The translations under genes and the position numbers were made by a program. The notes under the pieces were generated by a model. That model did not search any database. It was not told the origin of the DNA and saw only the letters and a program-made list of their open reading frames with translations. Below, piece after piece: positions 13,401-26,800 of a DNA stretch of 64,000 nt. This stretch comes from Antedon mediterranea (taxonomy: Eukaryota; Animalia; Echinodermata). The first letter of the stretch is position 1. Every line of letters starts with the position of its first letter. Location: contig NC_092680.1 of the NCBI RefSeq assembly GCF_964355755.1, forward strand, positions 2,914,001 through 2,978,000, in the 5' to 3' direction.

Positions 13401-16400
13401 TAAAATTTTTTTAAAACGTTCGGCGTTTTCCCGAGTATTTATTATAATTATTTAACTGTGTATGCACCACACACGAAATGGAAACACTTGCAAAAGCAAG
13501 AGCTAGGGGAGCAGTAGCCTTCAACAATAAAGTTTGCTACTAAATGGAAGAAATATAATGAAGGTATCAATAGTTTTGATTGATAATCAATAAGTGATCT
13601 AATTTTTTTTTTATTTGGGTTGTTAATTAGGAGGAGCGAGAGAAAACACCTTTATACAAGGAGGCTGCCGAGATGAGTGTTATACCGGTACGTTATGAGA
13701 TAAAATAGATAGCAGTTTGTGTTTGTTTTTATCTTTTCCATAATGAAAGAATAACCTTTGAAATTTCCAAATCACTTTTAAACGACGACCATAATTATAA
13801 ACTGTTTTTTTGTTTAAGGTTGGGAAGCGTAGCGCCGCTGCTAAATTACGTCGTCAAAATCTAAAAGCTAAACTGAAGAAACCTGATGAGAAGAAAAGGC
13901 CAACAACTGTAAGAATATTGTCCATCAAAACTGTTACTTCTGTTTAGAAAAAGTTAAAATTTATTGAAATGAAATGTAATTTGTTACTACCGGATAAATG
14001 ATAATATTCATGATCGTATTACAATGATATGCCACCAAAATGAAGATGTTCCATTGTTTGTTTGAAGATTAGACAAAACAGTGACTGAATCTTACAACCC
14101 CCCCCCCCCCCCCCACAAACAACAATACAAACCAAAAAGAATAACTTTTGTACATTGCATTGGCATTAATGTCCTATTTCACACTTGTTTGTAAATCCTA
14201 TCAATATGAATCGTCATGTATCGTAACCTTTCAATCTCGCAGTTTATCGACACTGTATTTCAATTCAATGAAGAATTCGACGATATTGGGCGACCACAGA
14301 GTTCGCTGTTAAGATCAGACAGTGTACTCTCTAGGCCGGAGACAGCTACTTTTGACCGTCCAGAGTCCCGACAAGTTACCTTAGATTCTAGAGCTGACAC
14401 CCCGATGATGGTGAAAGGCCTCAAACAGGTGGGATGTTTATGTCTTTGTTACAATTTTTAAGTGATTACAATTATCATTTTTTATTAAATAACGTGATTA
14501 TTATTATTATTATTTTATTTGTATTATTCTATTATATTATTCACCTAGTTAACTGAACTTTCCTGGCCACAAATTCTTCCATATAATATACATAGAACAA
14601 AAATTTACAAAATATTGACCTGGTCCACTAAAATTGACCCAAAAATAGTTTGAAAAACACGGACTACTTTGGTTAACACAGCACAGTACCACTACAAATT
14701 CGTTTATGTGACACGCGAGTAATCTCGTGTGACAGGCGAATAGTATTCATATTTGTATAAAAAAAGCCAAGAAGCAATTGTTAATTTAGAATATTTCACA
14801 CATTTACAAATTTCAATAGGGAAGAATTGATTTATGTTTTCTAGATTGATCAACAGTTGCGGGAAATTGGGTCTGTAAACCCAAATGATTCGGTGGCAGG
14901 TATGACGTCACTTGAAGCGGTACTTGGGATCACACCAGGCGGTAAGAACACACATCATCATCATCATTTATATACGATTGTTGGAATGAAACAACCTTTT
15001 CAAATTTTCGTTTCAAATGGCTTTCTCATTGTAGGAAAGAAGTTACCAAGCTTAGGCCAAGAAACTGTAGGTACCAACCGTCTACCACCCATTTTACCAC
15101 GAGGTCTACCATCTTTGGACGCAGCCATGAGCACAAAAGGTCTCAAACCAGTCGGCGTCTTGCCATCTCTTCAAGTCAACACAAACTCGAATACTCTTAA
15201 GGTTCCAGTTACGACTCATCCACAACAACTTAAAGGGCAAGGTATCACTCTCGATGAAGCGATGGGCGGCGGAAAGACTTCTACAAAAGACTCAAACGCA
15301 CCGATGAGCAGGGTAATATTTCTCTTCAACTGCTGTTTTACTTTTATTCGAATATAGAAAAGATTTCTGGTTTACTATAAACTTACATCTTCTTGTACAT
15401 CTCTATTTAGGAGGAAGAAGTAGATGAAATTGTTGAAAACTTTTGGGAGGTTCCACGAGAGAGTATTGAGATGATTACGACATTGGCTACTGGAAGCTTT
15501 GGACTTGTGATGAAAGCAAAGGCTTGGGATCTTCTTAGTAGTCAAGGGGCCTCTTTGGTTGTAATCAAGGAACTTGACCGTAAGTCTACAGATAATGGAT
15601 TCCAGTTCTACTCTAAAACAAATTTACTTATTTAACAAGTTTGAATGTAGCTTTAATCTCGTTTTCGTGTTTTTTTATTGTTCAAGTTAACCTTCACAGA
15701 TTACACAAATTGGGAACAGTTTTATGATATGATTTTCTTTTAATTTTATCTTGTAGCACAAGCGTCAGTAGCCACACGAAACGCGTTCCTGAAACAATTG
15801 GACGTACTTAAAAAGCTCGATACACATACAAATGTCATATCTCTTCTTGGTTGTTGCACAATTCTTGGTAAGTTATACTAAAGTAGTGTGAAAAAGTATA
15901 ACATATTAAAAAGTAAAGCTAAGCTAATATTTTAATGTTTCAAATAAGATAATTATTATTAATTAATAATTAATTTGTGGCTGCTAAACAGCATCTTTTT
16001 CAAAAGAAATTTGTACTATTAGTACTTTGATGTTATGATAAAAAATATTCCTAAAATGTTAAATTGATTGACAGATCCTTTGTATATGGTATTGGAGTAC
16101 GCCCCCAACGGTGAACTACAGAGCTTTTTGAGACGTAACCGACCACACACACCAGGAGCTAAGCCACCTGTATCCAAAAATCTAATGAACTTCGCAGTGC
16201 AGATTGCCAAAGGAATGGCGTTCCTTCATAAACACAAGGTACAATAGCCCGCACGCGCAAAATTGACGCAATTACTGGCGTCGGTGTATTAAGCTTGGTT
16301 CCCACTACGACGTAACGCAAAGACGTAGACGCAAGCGAGCTGACCAATCACACGTGACTGCTCGAATAATCCATCGATTGAGATTGGTCAAATCACTTTG

Positions 16401-19400
16401 CGTTGAGTTACGTCCTTACGTTGCGTCCTAGTGGGAACCAAGCTTTTGTAGTTCCAAGAGTGACTAAAGAGAACCAAACATAAGTAAGTAGCACATACAA
16501 CTTTAAATATACTATTAGCATAGCATAATGGATTAAACATTTCAAATTTTTTTGCAATTTTAGTTGTTTTGATATTTAGAAAAGTTTCATCGTTTTCAAT
16601 ACATCGGTACCTAATCTTATATTATATTTGATTTGATTATTCTCATCACGATTGAATAGCTGATTAATAATTACTGCTTTGTTACATATTTAGCTAAATA
16701 TTAGTAACAAAAAAACTTTGTTTCAGGTGTCCCACGGTGAACTGTCCAGCCAAAATATTTTGTTGGGAGACAGACTGGTTTGCAAAGTGTCGAATGTTGC
16801 TCGTGTACGCAACGTTGTCGAGAATGTAGCAGAGGTAAGTGATTTGTTGTCCCAAACCTTTCAAAAACATTTCCAATCAGTTGTAATTTTGTGTTTATAC
16901 CAATACGCGTTCCATATTCAGTTCATGTCATCAATGATACGTATATTGTAGTATTATTGTTTATGCGTTTCTGTCAAGACTGAGAGAGAAATTAAAGTAA
17001 ACGACTTTTCAAAGCTCTTTTGAAACGAATGAAGTACGTTGTCAATATAAATACAGACAATTCAGAGAAGTAGGCCTACAAACATATGAAGTTTAAATGT
17101 CTAACATACCCACATACGCAATATCATGTGAATCACTTGAATGTGATTACGTCTGACGTAATCTTTATACTAAGTACATTTGAGAATATTTGCGAAAAAA
17201 AATCGCAAGTAATTATCGGGTGAGACTCGAATCCACGACCCCCAGATCACTAGCCTGGCGTCAGAGTAGGGCAAAACATCTGACCAACCACTCAACTTCC
17301 TAATCAAATAACGTTTTTAGAGTATCAATCAAAGTATCAAAAACTGTTCAATACTTATAATGGATATCGATATTGTCCAATCATACATTTTACTTTGTGT
17401 TAGGGTTAAAAAACCCAAAAGCCCATGTGTATTGTGAGAAGGATATAAAGGGGTTTAGCTATGCCCAATTGGATTAAACTGCCATTATTAAATAAATGAG
17501 CAGGATATACGAGTCATATGATATAACAATGTGTATAGGCCTATGATGCGTATACATGTATAAAGAACAACTCAGTTCATCTATGTTTTGTTTTTTTAGG
17601 GACGTCTTGGCTTGAGATGGATGAGTCCAGAATCCATCTGCGCAAGCGTACAGAACGAACAGAGTGATTCTTGGTCGTTCGGTGTTCTTCTTTGGGAGAT
17701 TGTTAACTTTGGTATGTACTGTTTGATTACACCTGATGCCAAAGCAGACATTTACTTTCCTCTGCTATTTTAAGGTTGTAGCCCTAAATTTGTTTGTAAT
17801 TAATATAATAATCAATATAATATTGTATGTACTACAATGTGAGTGGGGGTGGGAGGCGGGGGGAGGGGGGATGGATATGCACAACAAGATACCCCTCCCC
17901 TATTAGAACATAACACAAACCGGACTTCTCTATCTTATTATAATTTGAGTAGAATATATTCAATTCTTTACATCATATATACATTTAAAAAAAATACTAC
18001 TATATACTATACTAATAAAGAAATATGATGAAACAACTAACTTTTTCAATATGTTAGACACTGATAGCTTTAAGTTACACTTCCAAAACATTTGAATACT
18101 TTTTTGTGCAGTTATTGTGTATTTAAATGTAGGGGAGAAAACAATGATAAAAAAAATACACCATGTAGTCACGTCATTATATATTTATACTTTTCTTGTA
18201 AATAAATATTATTATAAAGTGTTACATTATTGAGGTTATTTATGTTTTTAAAAATATGCACAAAATTGAGTATAACTTACCCTAATTGAAAGTAAATTTG
18301 GATACAATGATGAATGTGTCGGGAGCATAGGTCGGGACTGTTGATGTACAATACTGCATGAATACTGCATGAACGTTATTATAAAGTGTTGCACCTTAAG
18401 AAAAAAAAAGTAGGCCTACTGTTTTTGTATCAGAAATGCACACAATTCGCTAAGGCGAAATACTAGTATCTTCAACTATAATGAAGTTGCATACTTGGAT
18501 TTGGGTGCAGGTGGGGCTACTGGCATTTGTTACCTAATAGTAATAATACAGTCTGATTTTTTATCTAATTGTAAAATACATTACACAAGCGTTTCGGAAT
18601 ATTGTATATCCAGGGAAGAGTGAAATGTATATGCACAGAATTTAACTGTGCCGGTGGGACTTGGAACGTTTTTAATACCTAGAGTGGGCCTACATTACGA
18701 TTCTTTAATAAATAATTCTTTATTTAATACATATATCTTATTAAAGTGTTACACATTAAACATAGGGTAGGAAGGGGTAGGGTAATATATCAGAAATAAT
18801 CACAACATTGAACATTCGTGGTGTAACTTACCCGACTGATTTTCGAACGTGTCTCTCCTACCGGCGGGAAACAACAAACGGACATACGTAATAACACGTT
18901 GAATAGCGTGGCCTCGTTCATTTGTTGTTTGCTTGATTTTCATAAAATTTATTTTATCAACAAGTTATAACCGCTTTAAAAACGAATCAAAAATCTTTAC
19001 ATGGAACTGTTTGTAATACACATAAAAAAAAAATATATTTCTAGAGCGTCATCTGCTTATACCCATTGATGAGTTTTACAATAACACACCTTTTTTCTCT
19101 TACTCAAATTATAATAAGATTATGCCAATCTTAATTTGTTTTACCTTCTTATATTAATGTGTCATGATATTATAAATTCAGTAAATTGAAATGAAATAAA
19201 TGTCTTAAAATAACAAATCAATTAAACAATAAATTTGATAATAGTCCGTATCGTTTAAAAAGTGTTCATGTTGTATTGTTAACTCCTCAGTATTGAGTAT
19301 TAACTTTACTGAAAAAAATTGGCTATAGAACATTAACCGAAAACTGGTATAGTCTTATCGATTATATATACTGATAGTATCAGAAATATTACTGGGTCGT

Positions 19401-22141
19401 GTGAATAAAAACCAAATTTGAAACATATCTGTCGTCTGAATCTCAGAAGCGAACACCTGTCACAGGTGTTGTTTTAAACAAAAGTCACAAAGTATTCAGA
19501 AGTGACAACACATAGACAAAGCAAATCGGACAGAACTTTCACAATCAATACAATGATGTAGAGTAATCGCAGAAACCTAATGCTTTTTTTATTTATAAAA
19601 TAGACGTTCAAGAACAATAAAGGGGGAATATTTGATTTGTCTACACCTGCCATGTGTCACATAACTGTGCTGTACATTCTTGAAAATTAAAGTTGATCTT
19701 CAATTTTTATTAAGTTAAATGTTTAAAAACAATGGTAAAGTAAGTTAACTAATTAAATGACATTATTTCCACATGTTAAAGTACAAACTGTTAGCTATCC
19801 TTGTTATGTTGTTTTTCTGAAAACATGAATGTGATCTGAGATGCATGTATTGTATTTTGAATTACTTTAAAAATAGGTGACTCTGACATCGTAAATGTTT
19901 ACATTTTAATGTAATGTTCGTTGTTCATTTTGAAGGCTCTACACCTTATCCAAACATGTCCGAAAAGGATATTAAAACTCGAATCAAAGTCGGATACCGT
20001 ATGCCTCATTCAGCTCATATCACAAAAGATCTGTAAGTATTAATGCGTTAGAATTAGTATCAAAGTCGACCAAGTGTATTCGTTCCACAAAATGCTTATT
20101 TGATCATTACAATGCTTGTTGAACTTCTTCACAGTTACTTTCTTTTTCATGGAATAGTCTTTGTATTCATATGGTCTTTGTTCAACTCTATGCTTTGACA
20201 TGTTGTAAAGCTATGGTTTCTTACACTAAGTTATATTTAGTCGCTTAATGATATAACAACATCTTTGTACAGCTGTGGCATAGTGACTCAGAAATTACTA
20301 AAATAAAACGACTATAATACTACTATGCCCTTGACGTTCAAATTAGGCCTAAATATAAATTCGCGGGAATTATTTGTATGCTGTTTCTGATCCATGATTA
20401 ATAAAAACGTATGATGAAGTGTTGTGTGTGTTTTAGAAGGAAGGGGCTAACGGTAGGAGTTTGTAGTAATTTCATCAACATGGTGAATATTTAGGCTTAC
20501 CCTTCCCGTTGAGTTTTGCAGCTGTTGCTGTCATATCCAATTCTCACTAGGCTAAAAAAGCACGTGCTAAATGTCACTTAACAATAGAACTTAAAATGTC
20601 CCATGTTAGTCACGATGACTGAGCATGCGCATCTGAAACAGAATACCCATTTTGAAAGATGCGCACGCAGAAAGTCAGTCGTATGGGATATGTTTTCTGT
20701 TAGCACGTAACATATGCTTTTAGTTTCTGTTCCTTCTTATTGTAATATCTTAACTGTCAATCAATGGGATTATTTTGGTTAAATATCATTCATTTATTCA
20801 GAATTTCCCACGACTCATGCGATTTTTTCCATTAAAATAGGTCTAACCACCATCTTATTTTTCAGTGCATAAAATGTAATGAATTGTTTTTAACTTAAAT
20901 AATTCCAATGTATATAAATGACTCCATGGTCATACATGAGTAATCTATGATTTTACTTCAAAGGTATAACTTGATGAAATATTGTTGGAACGACGTACCA
21001 AGTAAGAGACCTCCATTGAAGGCGTTGGCATCGACAATTTGGAAAATGAATGTTGAAGGCATTGTAAGTATTTTTAGTAACACAATTAAGAAAAGAATGT
21101 ATATAACTACATCGGGTATATTAGTCCTGACGTCACTCCTGAAGACAATCAAAGCATATTGATCGAATCGTCGAGAAACTCAACAGTTCTTTTCAGAACT
21201 AATGTACGTGGTGTACAGCAAACTTTATATAAACTATTGATCTAAAACCTAAAGTTGACGACTTTCATAATGCAATCAAATAGGCCTAATACAGTTTATG
21301 ATTTTACATCAAGAAAAATAAAGAATTAGTTTTGTTCATAGTTAATATTCATCCTTAATAAATATCCTGTTAAAAACGATTTAAACTGTTTCAAAGGCAA
21401 ACGTAATGTTGTTAATCAAACTCGTAGGGTTAAAGTAGGCCTTTTGTGTTTTTGAAGTTTTCAGCAACCCAGTGGTATACCTGGATTTGTTCAATTTCCA
21501 GCTCTTCCTTTGTTGCATTCTTAAAATCATATCCATAAGGGTAAAAGACAGTTCTAGAAGACGAAATCAACCAAAATTAAGTTTTTCTTCTACAGGTGTT
21601 GAGCCTTCCATATCCTGTTTGGTCAAAACATAAAGATGGACAGACGGCTTGTTTCCTATGTTAAGCCTGTCTCTTGTTATAATAATCTACATCAATTCCC
21701 ACTAGATCTTCTTTTCTTTAGTTATGACGTACTTCCTTGCTTTGTTTTTCTGAACTTTTAAAATAAAATTTGTTTTAAACAATATATTTAAAGCGAAGTT
21801 CTATCTACTATATTTATTTTTGTTTAATTTATAAGTTTGAGTGACTTTACAATAAACAATTATTCAATAATGTGGCACTATGATATCCAACAAAATATTG
21901 TAAGATTTATCATATCTCCCACCAATATTTTTGTAATGATATGGGGTACATTATAAAGATAAGGACATGTAAAAACTAGCCACAACCGAGACTGTTTGAA
22001 ATAGACCAGAACAGCATTCATATACGATCTAACTTTTCTATTTCTTTTTAGGAGCACATCAAGGTTAATGAGTTCAATTCAAAACTGTGTGTTGATATGG
22101 ACGACATGCGCCCTCATACTCCTGGTTCAATCCTTTGTTAG
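7484..22141 (+). CDS. Single-pass receptor: signal peptide, 5x thrombospondin type-1 repeats, TM, long juxtamembrane region, tyrosine-kinase-fold pseudokinase (~904 aa)
   Basis: Exons 7484-7519 and 7874-7904 (signal [22 protein letters not shown]). TSP1 exons 9507-9653, 9875-10045, 10626-10787, 11864-12031, 12192-12362 (WxxWxxW..C...RxRxC, phase 1-1). TM exon 12980-13149. Juxtamembrane exons 13631-13687, 13819-13908, 14243-14428, 14845-14941, 15035-15312. Kinase-fold exons 15411-15579, 15757-15867, 16075-16238, 16727-16834, 17600-17711, 19936-20032, 20964-21063. Last exon 22052-22141. Total 2715 nt in frame, with RTK hallmarks [42 protein letters not shown] and CW...RP. A possible extra 45-nt exon lies at 8397-8441. 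Confidence 0.92.
8799..9386. mobile_element. Non-autonomous DNA transposon with TTAA flanks (Kolobok- or piggyBac-type)
   Basis: ttaa|ggctcaggtacaggcatgaatttt ... aaattttttgcccacacctggcct|ttaa, imperfect TIRs. Confidence 0.5.
10909..11060. mobile_element. MITE, AGCTTGGTTCCCACTA family (degenerate copy)
   Basis: Internal gcaagcgagttgaccaatcac...ccatcgcttg..attggt and right end ctagtcggaaccaagctt, shared with the copies at 16291, 48461 and 58501. Confidence 0.7.
11063..11688. mobile_element. Non-autonomous DNA transposon with TTAA TSD (Kolobok-like)
   Basis: ttaa|agccccattccctac ... gcagggaaggggtct|ttaa. It sits immediately at the end of the preceding MITE. Confidence 0.6.
16291..16445. mobile_element. 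MITE, AGCTTGGTTCCCACTA family (PIF/Harbinger-like)
   Basis: 17-bp perfect inverted ends aagcttggttcccacta / tagtgggaaccaagctt and a quasi-palindromic interior, in a kinase-domain intron. Confidence 0.85.
17060..17295 (-). mobile_element. Probable tRNA-derived SINE
   Basis: The minus strand has a Pol III B-box-like gtggattcgagtctcacc preceded by an A-box-like tggttggtcagatg. There is no clean cloverleaf, and the boundaries are approximate. Confidence 0.4.
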
Positions 22142-23804
22142 AGTCAACAAACAATCGTGTGATATTGCATAACTTGTTCAAACTAAGTTAAAGGTCAAAC
22201 TAGCATTAGTATGACTGTAATAAGTAGCGGAACTGTTTATGTCGGTCTATATCTAAACATTTCACAATCGTTGTACAGTACTCAGAAGATTAATAATAAT
22301 TATGATAACAACTTTGATTAACTAACGTAATTATCGACAATATTATATACATAGATGCTTTAAATTAGTTTGAAATTCTTATTGTTTTTAGCAATATAAT
22401 AAGTATATATTACGTAAAAAGTATTCATTTAGGCCTATAGATATTAATTGTTGTCTGGATCACTATACAGTAAGCGAGTACAGTCACCAGAATACACACT
22501 TACAATGAGAAATACATTATATATTTTAAAGAATTTTATTATTAGAAAAGTATTTTGGAGCTCAGTCTGGTAAACTAAATATAAAACGTGTTCCTGTACA
22601 TTGATATTGTAATTACAATGATTTATTTTCAGTATACAGTATGTATTTTACCTATTTACATTATTTAAACAATTAAAAACCTGTTTAAATATTCAAAGCT
22701 ACGAAAACACTTATAAGTGTTGGATATCTATATTTTTAAAGTTATTTAACTACTTTCAGACATATCATATACTCAATGTAGAAGTTTGTTGTTCAATATA
22801 CTCAGAAAGAGCTAGTGGTTATGTACAATAACTCCGTTTTATTTGAAATTTCAATTAAAAAAAAGACCACACACAACATATTCAAATTTAAATAATTGGT
22901 TACGTAATTTCGTCAGTGAAACCACGAAAAGACATACAGTTTACGCGTGCGTACAAAAGCGGTATCATTATTATCAACGTTTCAACGTGCTTGTCACATT
23001 ATTGTATCTTTTCTTGCCACACACTGAACAAATAACCAAGTAAAACAATAAAGCTTTTTAGTGAAGTGTTATAGACACAGACAGACAACATGGTAATAAT
23101 ATCAATAGTAATTTGTACGGATATTGAATATTATGTTGTACATGGTTATATCTATAATTGGTTTAATAAAGTATTATTGATGTATGTATATCCTTTGTCA
23201 GTAGTTTCTGATTGTAATTGATTAGGAATTGTTTTTCAAGAAACCACGGATTAAAAGATCATTCATCCATTACCGGTAAATATTTTAACAAGAAATTCCA
23301 ACTTATTAAATCGAGCATGTAATAAGTTAACGGGTCAATTTCTTGAAATCCTAATTCGAGTTCAGTAAAAACAATGTCAAGATTTGTGACAGCTTTGCGT
23401 AGATATATTCTGTATTGTTTGTAGTTTTTAAATTAGTCATCCTGTCAGTGACATATGAAGTTATTTGCCTTCTCAAAATGCTCTGCCATAATGATGTAAA
23501 CACATCTTTGCTAAATATATACAATAAAGATTTTTTAAATTATAAACAAAGCAACTAATATTGCAGATTTGATAAGATTTGTTGAGAAATATTATCATTA
23601 TAGTAATAATACTTGATCAAAGTGAAGAGTAGGCTGTTATACTAGAACTTAGTTCAAAATAAGCAAAACATAATTATATACATTATTTTAGCTATTTACA
23701 CTAATAATTAATATTAGTCAATTAGTTCGAAACGTAATTGTCTTTTATCAAGGAATGCATTCAGCTCTTCGGCATGAATAATCAAAATATGTAACGGCAA
23801 CAAC

Positions 23805-26800
23805 TTAATTTATTTCTGGTATTTCAGAATATATATGTGACTTTCTGAATTCACCTCCCATCTCATCATAGTCTGCAAAACAACCTATCCTGAACACCAG
23901 ATTGCTTTCTGAGTAGTCTAACGTTGAAGTGGTATAGTCAGTATCTGATAGAGAATCAGAGTCTTCGTATATAGGGTTGTCTTCCCAAATTGTTTCATCC
24001 TCCGGCTCGCTATCGAAATCAAAAGCAGAATCTTTCGATTTTGCTAGAGAGGTTTTGGCTTCATGATCAAAAAGAGTTTCTCTAGGTTCAGCATAAATCG
24101 CATCACTGTATGCAAGATTGTCTGTCAAGTTGGACATGCGAACTACCGATAAATCACAATTTTGCTGAACTGGTGGTAGGAATACCGTGTGGTGAGAGTT
24201 CAATTTTAACCCATTATTCTGAACGTTCATATCACTATGAGGACGCGCGCGTGGTAATTCTGGTGCGCTACAGTATTCTCTAACATGGAAAGTATGTGCA
24301 TGGCTAGTGTGGGGTAGACTAGGAACAGGCGGAGGAGGCGTGCGCGGTACCTTGCGCCTGAACTCTATCCGAGGTGGCGTCTTTTTCGACAACGGCCGCC
24401 GTACGTACATCTCGGGTCTTCTTTCATTTCCCATCGAACTGCTTTTTCTCGGTAATGTACGTTCCTTGAAGTCGTCGTTGTGACTCCATGTTTTACTTCT
24501 TGAAACAGTTTTGCCACCTGATCCTAGCCCGCTTACCACCACACAACCGGTGTTAACACCACCTTGCTCGTCACGTCGTTTTATCTCAGATATATCCTGA
24601 TAAACGGCATCTTTTTCTACTAAACTGTTTATTGAGTACATCGAGTACGCATTATTGATGATACTTCGTGACTTCAAGTCATCGATACACTCATACGCGT
24701 TGTATAGTAAACGTCTTCTGGACTGGGCTGGAGTATTACAATCCTCTTCTTTTCGTCTGTGAAATTATAAAGAAAAGGTTATTTTTGGCATTTTTCCTAG
24801 TATAGTTTTGATTTCATCAATCAGTAGTTTGTGCCAAAACTACCATAATCGTATATAAGAGATGAAATAGTTATGGGAACAAGATTTCTTTCTTTCTGTT
24901 TCTGTTTTATAAAGTATTACAATGACCCATTCAAAATAATTATATATTGAGTCAAGTTCTACTTCAAATGCATCTGTACAAAGTCATTCACTTGTCCTTT
25001 GTACCAACTTTCTCTTTTCGTTCACCACCCTAACTTTATTGTTTTACGGCAGAACACAAAAGAAAACACCGTACATTTGCTAGATGTACTTGACAATACA
25101 ATCCAGGTGTTTCGAAGTTCCTTTTAACCTTACCTTCTATTTAAGAAACAAATTCGATTGTAACTTTAGAATCTTTTAATCTGAAACGAACTCCCCGAGA
25201 GTTTTAACCTACAATTGCTATCCCCAAGACTTCATTTTGAACTATATTCTATCCTATACATTTTACTTGTTCGTAAACCTTTATTTGGGGAATTATTTCA
25301 AGGTTATTAATTTGATGTGAAAGGACCGTTTGAACTTGTGTCTTCAAGCTAGATGACTAAACACATATCTGTTCTGATCAAACACACATGTGAAGTTCAA
25401 CTGTGGGTTTACTGTAGAATAATGAAAGTATAGGCTTACGGCTAGTGAGTGAGTAAAATATTGAATTTCTCAAAAATAATGCAGACATTTTTTTTTATTG
25501 TTTGCAATTTTGTTTGCAAGTTATCATTTTTCTTACTAATTTTAAATTTAACATTTAAAAGTTTCTTTAATAATTTGGTTGTTTTTCAAGTTATCATTTT
25601 TTTGTATTTCAATTTACTAATTTTAAATTTACGAGTAACATTCTAAATAATTTGGTTGTCTGTACTTGTAGGCCTAAGGTATATGCTTGATTAGAGCTCT
25701 GCAAAGTGGCTTGGAACGTGCATTTGAACTTAACCTAAACTTAGGCCTAACTCAACAGACTACAATGCTAATGGAATGGAACTAAACGGAACTTATGCAG
25801 TAGCATACAATTACCGGTCATTATAACTAACAGCTAATCTTGGTTAATTTCACACTTCCCTGCTGATATTGTATGATAATGTATGTACCACGTACACGTT
25901 AACATTGTGGCAATAACGCACGCGGTGTCTTTTATGGAGGGCGGCGGCTTATGGAAGGTGTCCGCTAGACATGTGTCCACACAGCAGAGGGAGATTAAAC
26001 GATAGATTACATACAATGTGATAGCACACATATGCACACAACGCTGCACATATACACTGTTGTACGTAAACACTATTGCACAGCGAGTACAATGTGGCAT
26101 GAAAACAATGTGTGGCACGCACATATCGCGGTACGAAACACGATTCACACGCACATCAAACCAAGATAAACACAAAAACAATCAAATAATACGTAGGGGA
26201 GGGAGGGGCTAAAAGTCACAGGGGTAAGTTGTCACAGTGCTTTTTCAACCCTTTAAAGAAATGGAATGTTCCAGTTAGTGACCTGATTTGTGACCCCTTA
26301 CTGTGCACTTCACACATACCGAAGACCAAGACAAAACTATTTCTAGATTTCATGTACTAAAAACACCTCATTTTTTGGCCTATAGATCAACTTTTTGTAT
26401 TTCTACTAAAAACGGTATGTATGCTTATCATTGTGGTTTACAAAGGAGAAATTTATGTTATAATGTAGTTAAATATCAGTGCTAAACAATGTACAAGTAT
26501 GGTCGCTTGTTTACCACGGATTTTGTGTAACGAGTGGGTTTTCTATAAAATATGGCAGTGGGGCAAGTTGTCACAACCTGTGACAACTTGCCCCTAAACA
26601 TTTTATTTTAGTGTTTTATCTATCCCAGTCCTACGGCCTAAGAAACGTTCCCTAGTCATATACACTCTCTTACAGACTATTTACTATTTTAGGCCTCTAT
26701 TACTGTCATATAAATAAATAAACTGCTAGATAGGCCTATTCTTGCTTTGTAGGCCTTAATCATTTTGTTTTCTTGTCAATTGGATATAGGGACCCCTAAT

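Noticed and set aside
17215-17295. tRNA gene
   Set aside because: A B-box-like motif is present but no consistent cloverleaf, so it was treated as a SINE head.
17843-17872. G-rich tract (possible G-quadruplex) and 61-aa ORF
   Set aside because: Intronic low-complexity sequence, with nothing beyond composition to support function.
25834-26212. Cys/His-rich ORFs on both strands
   Set aside because: They arise from CA/TG-rich low-complexity intron sequence next to a transposon end.
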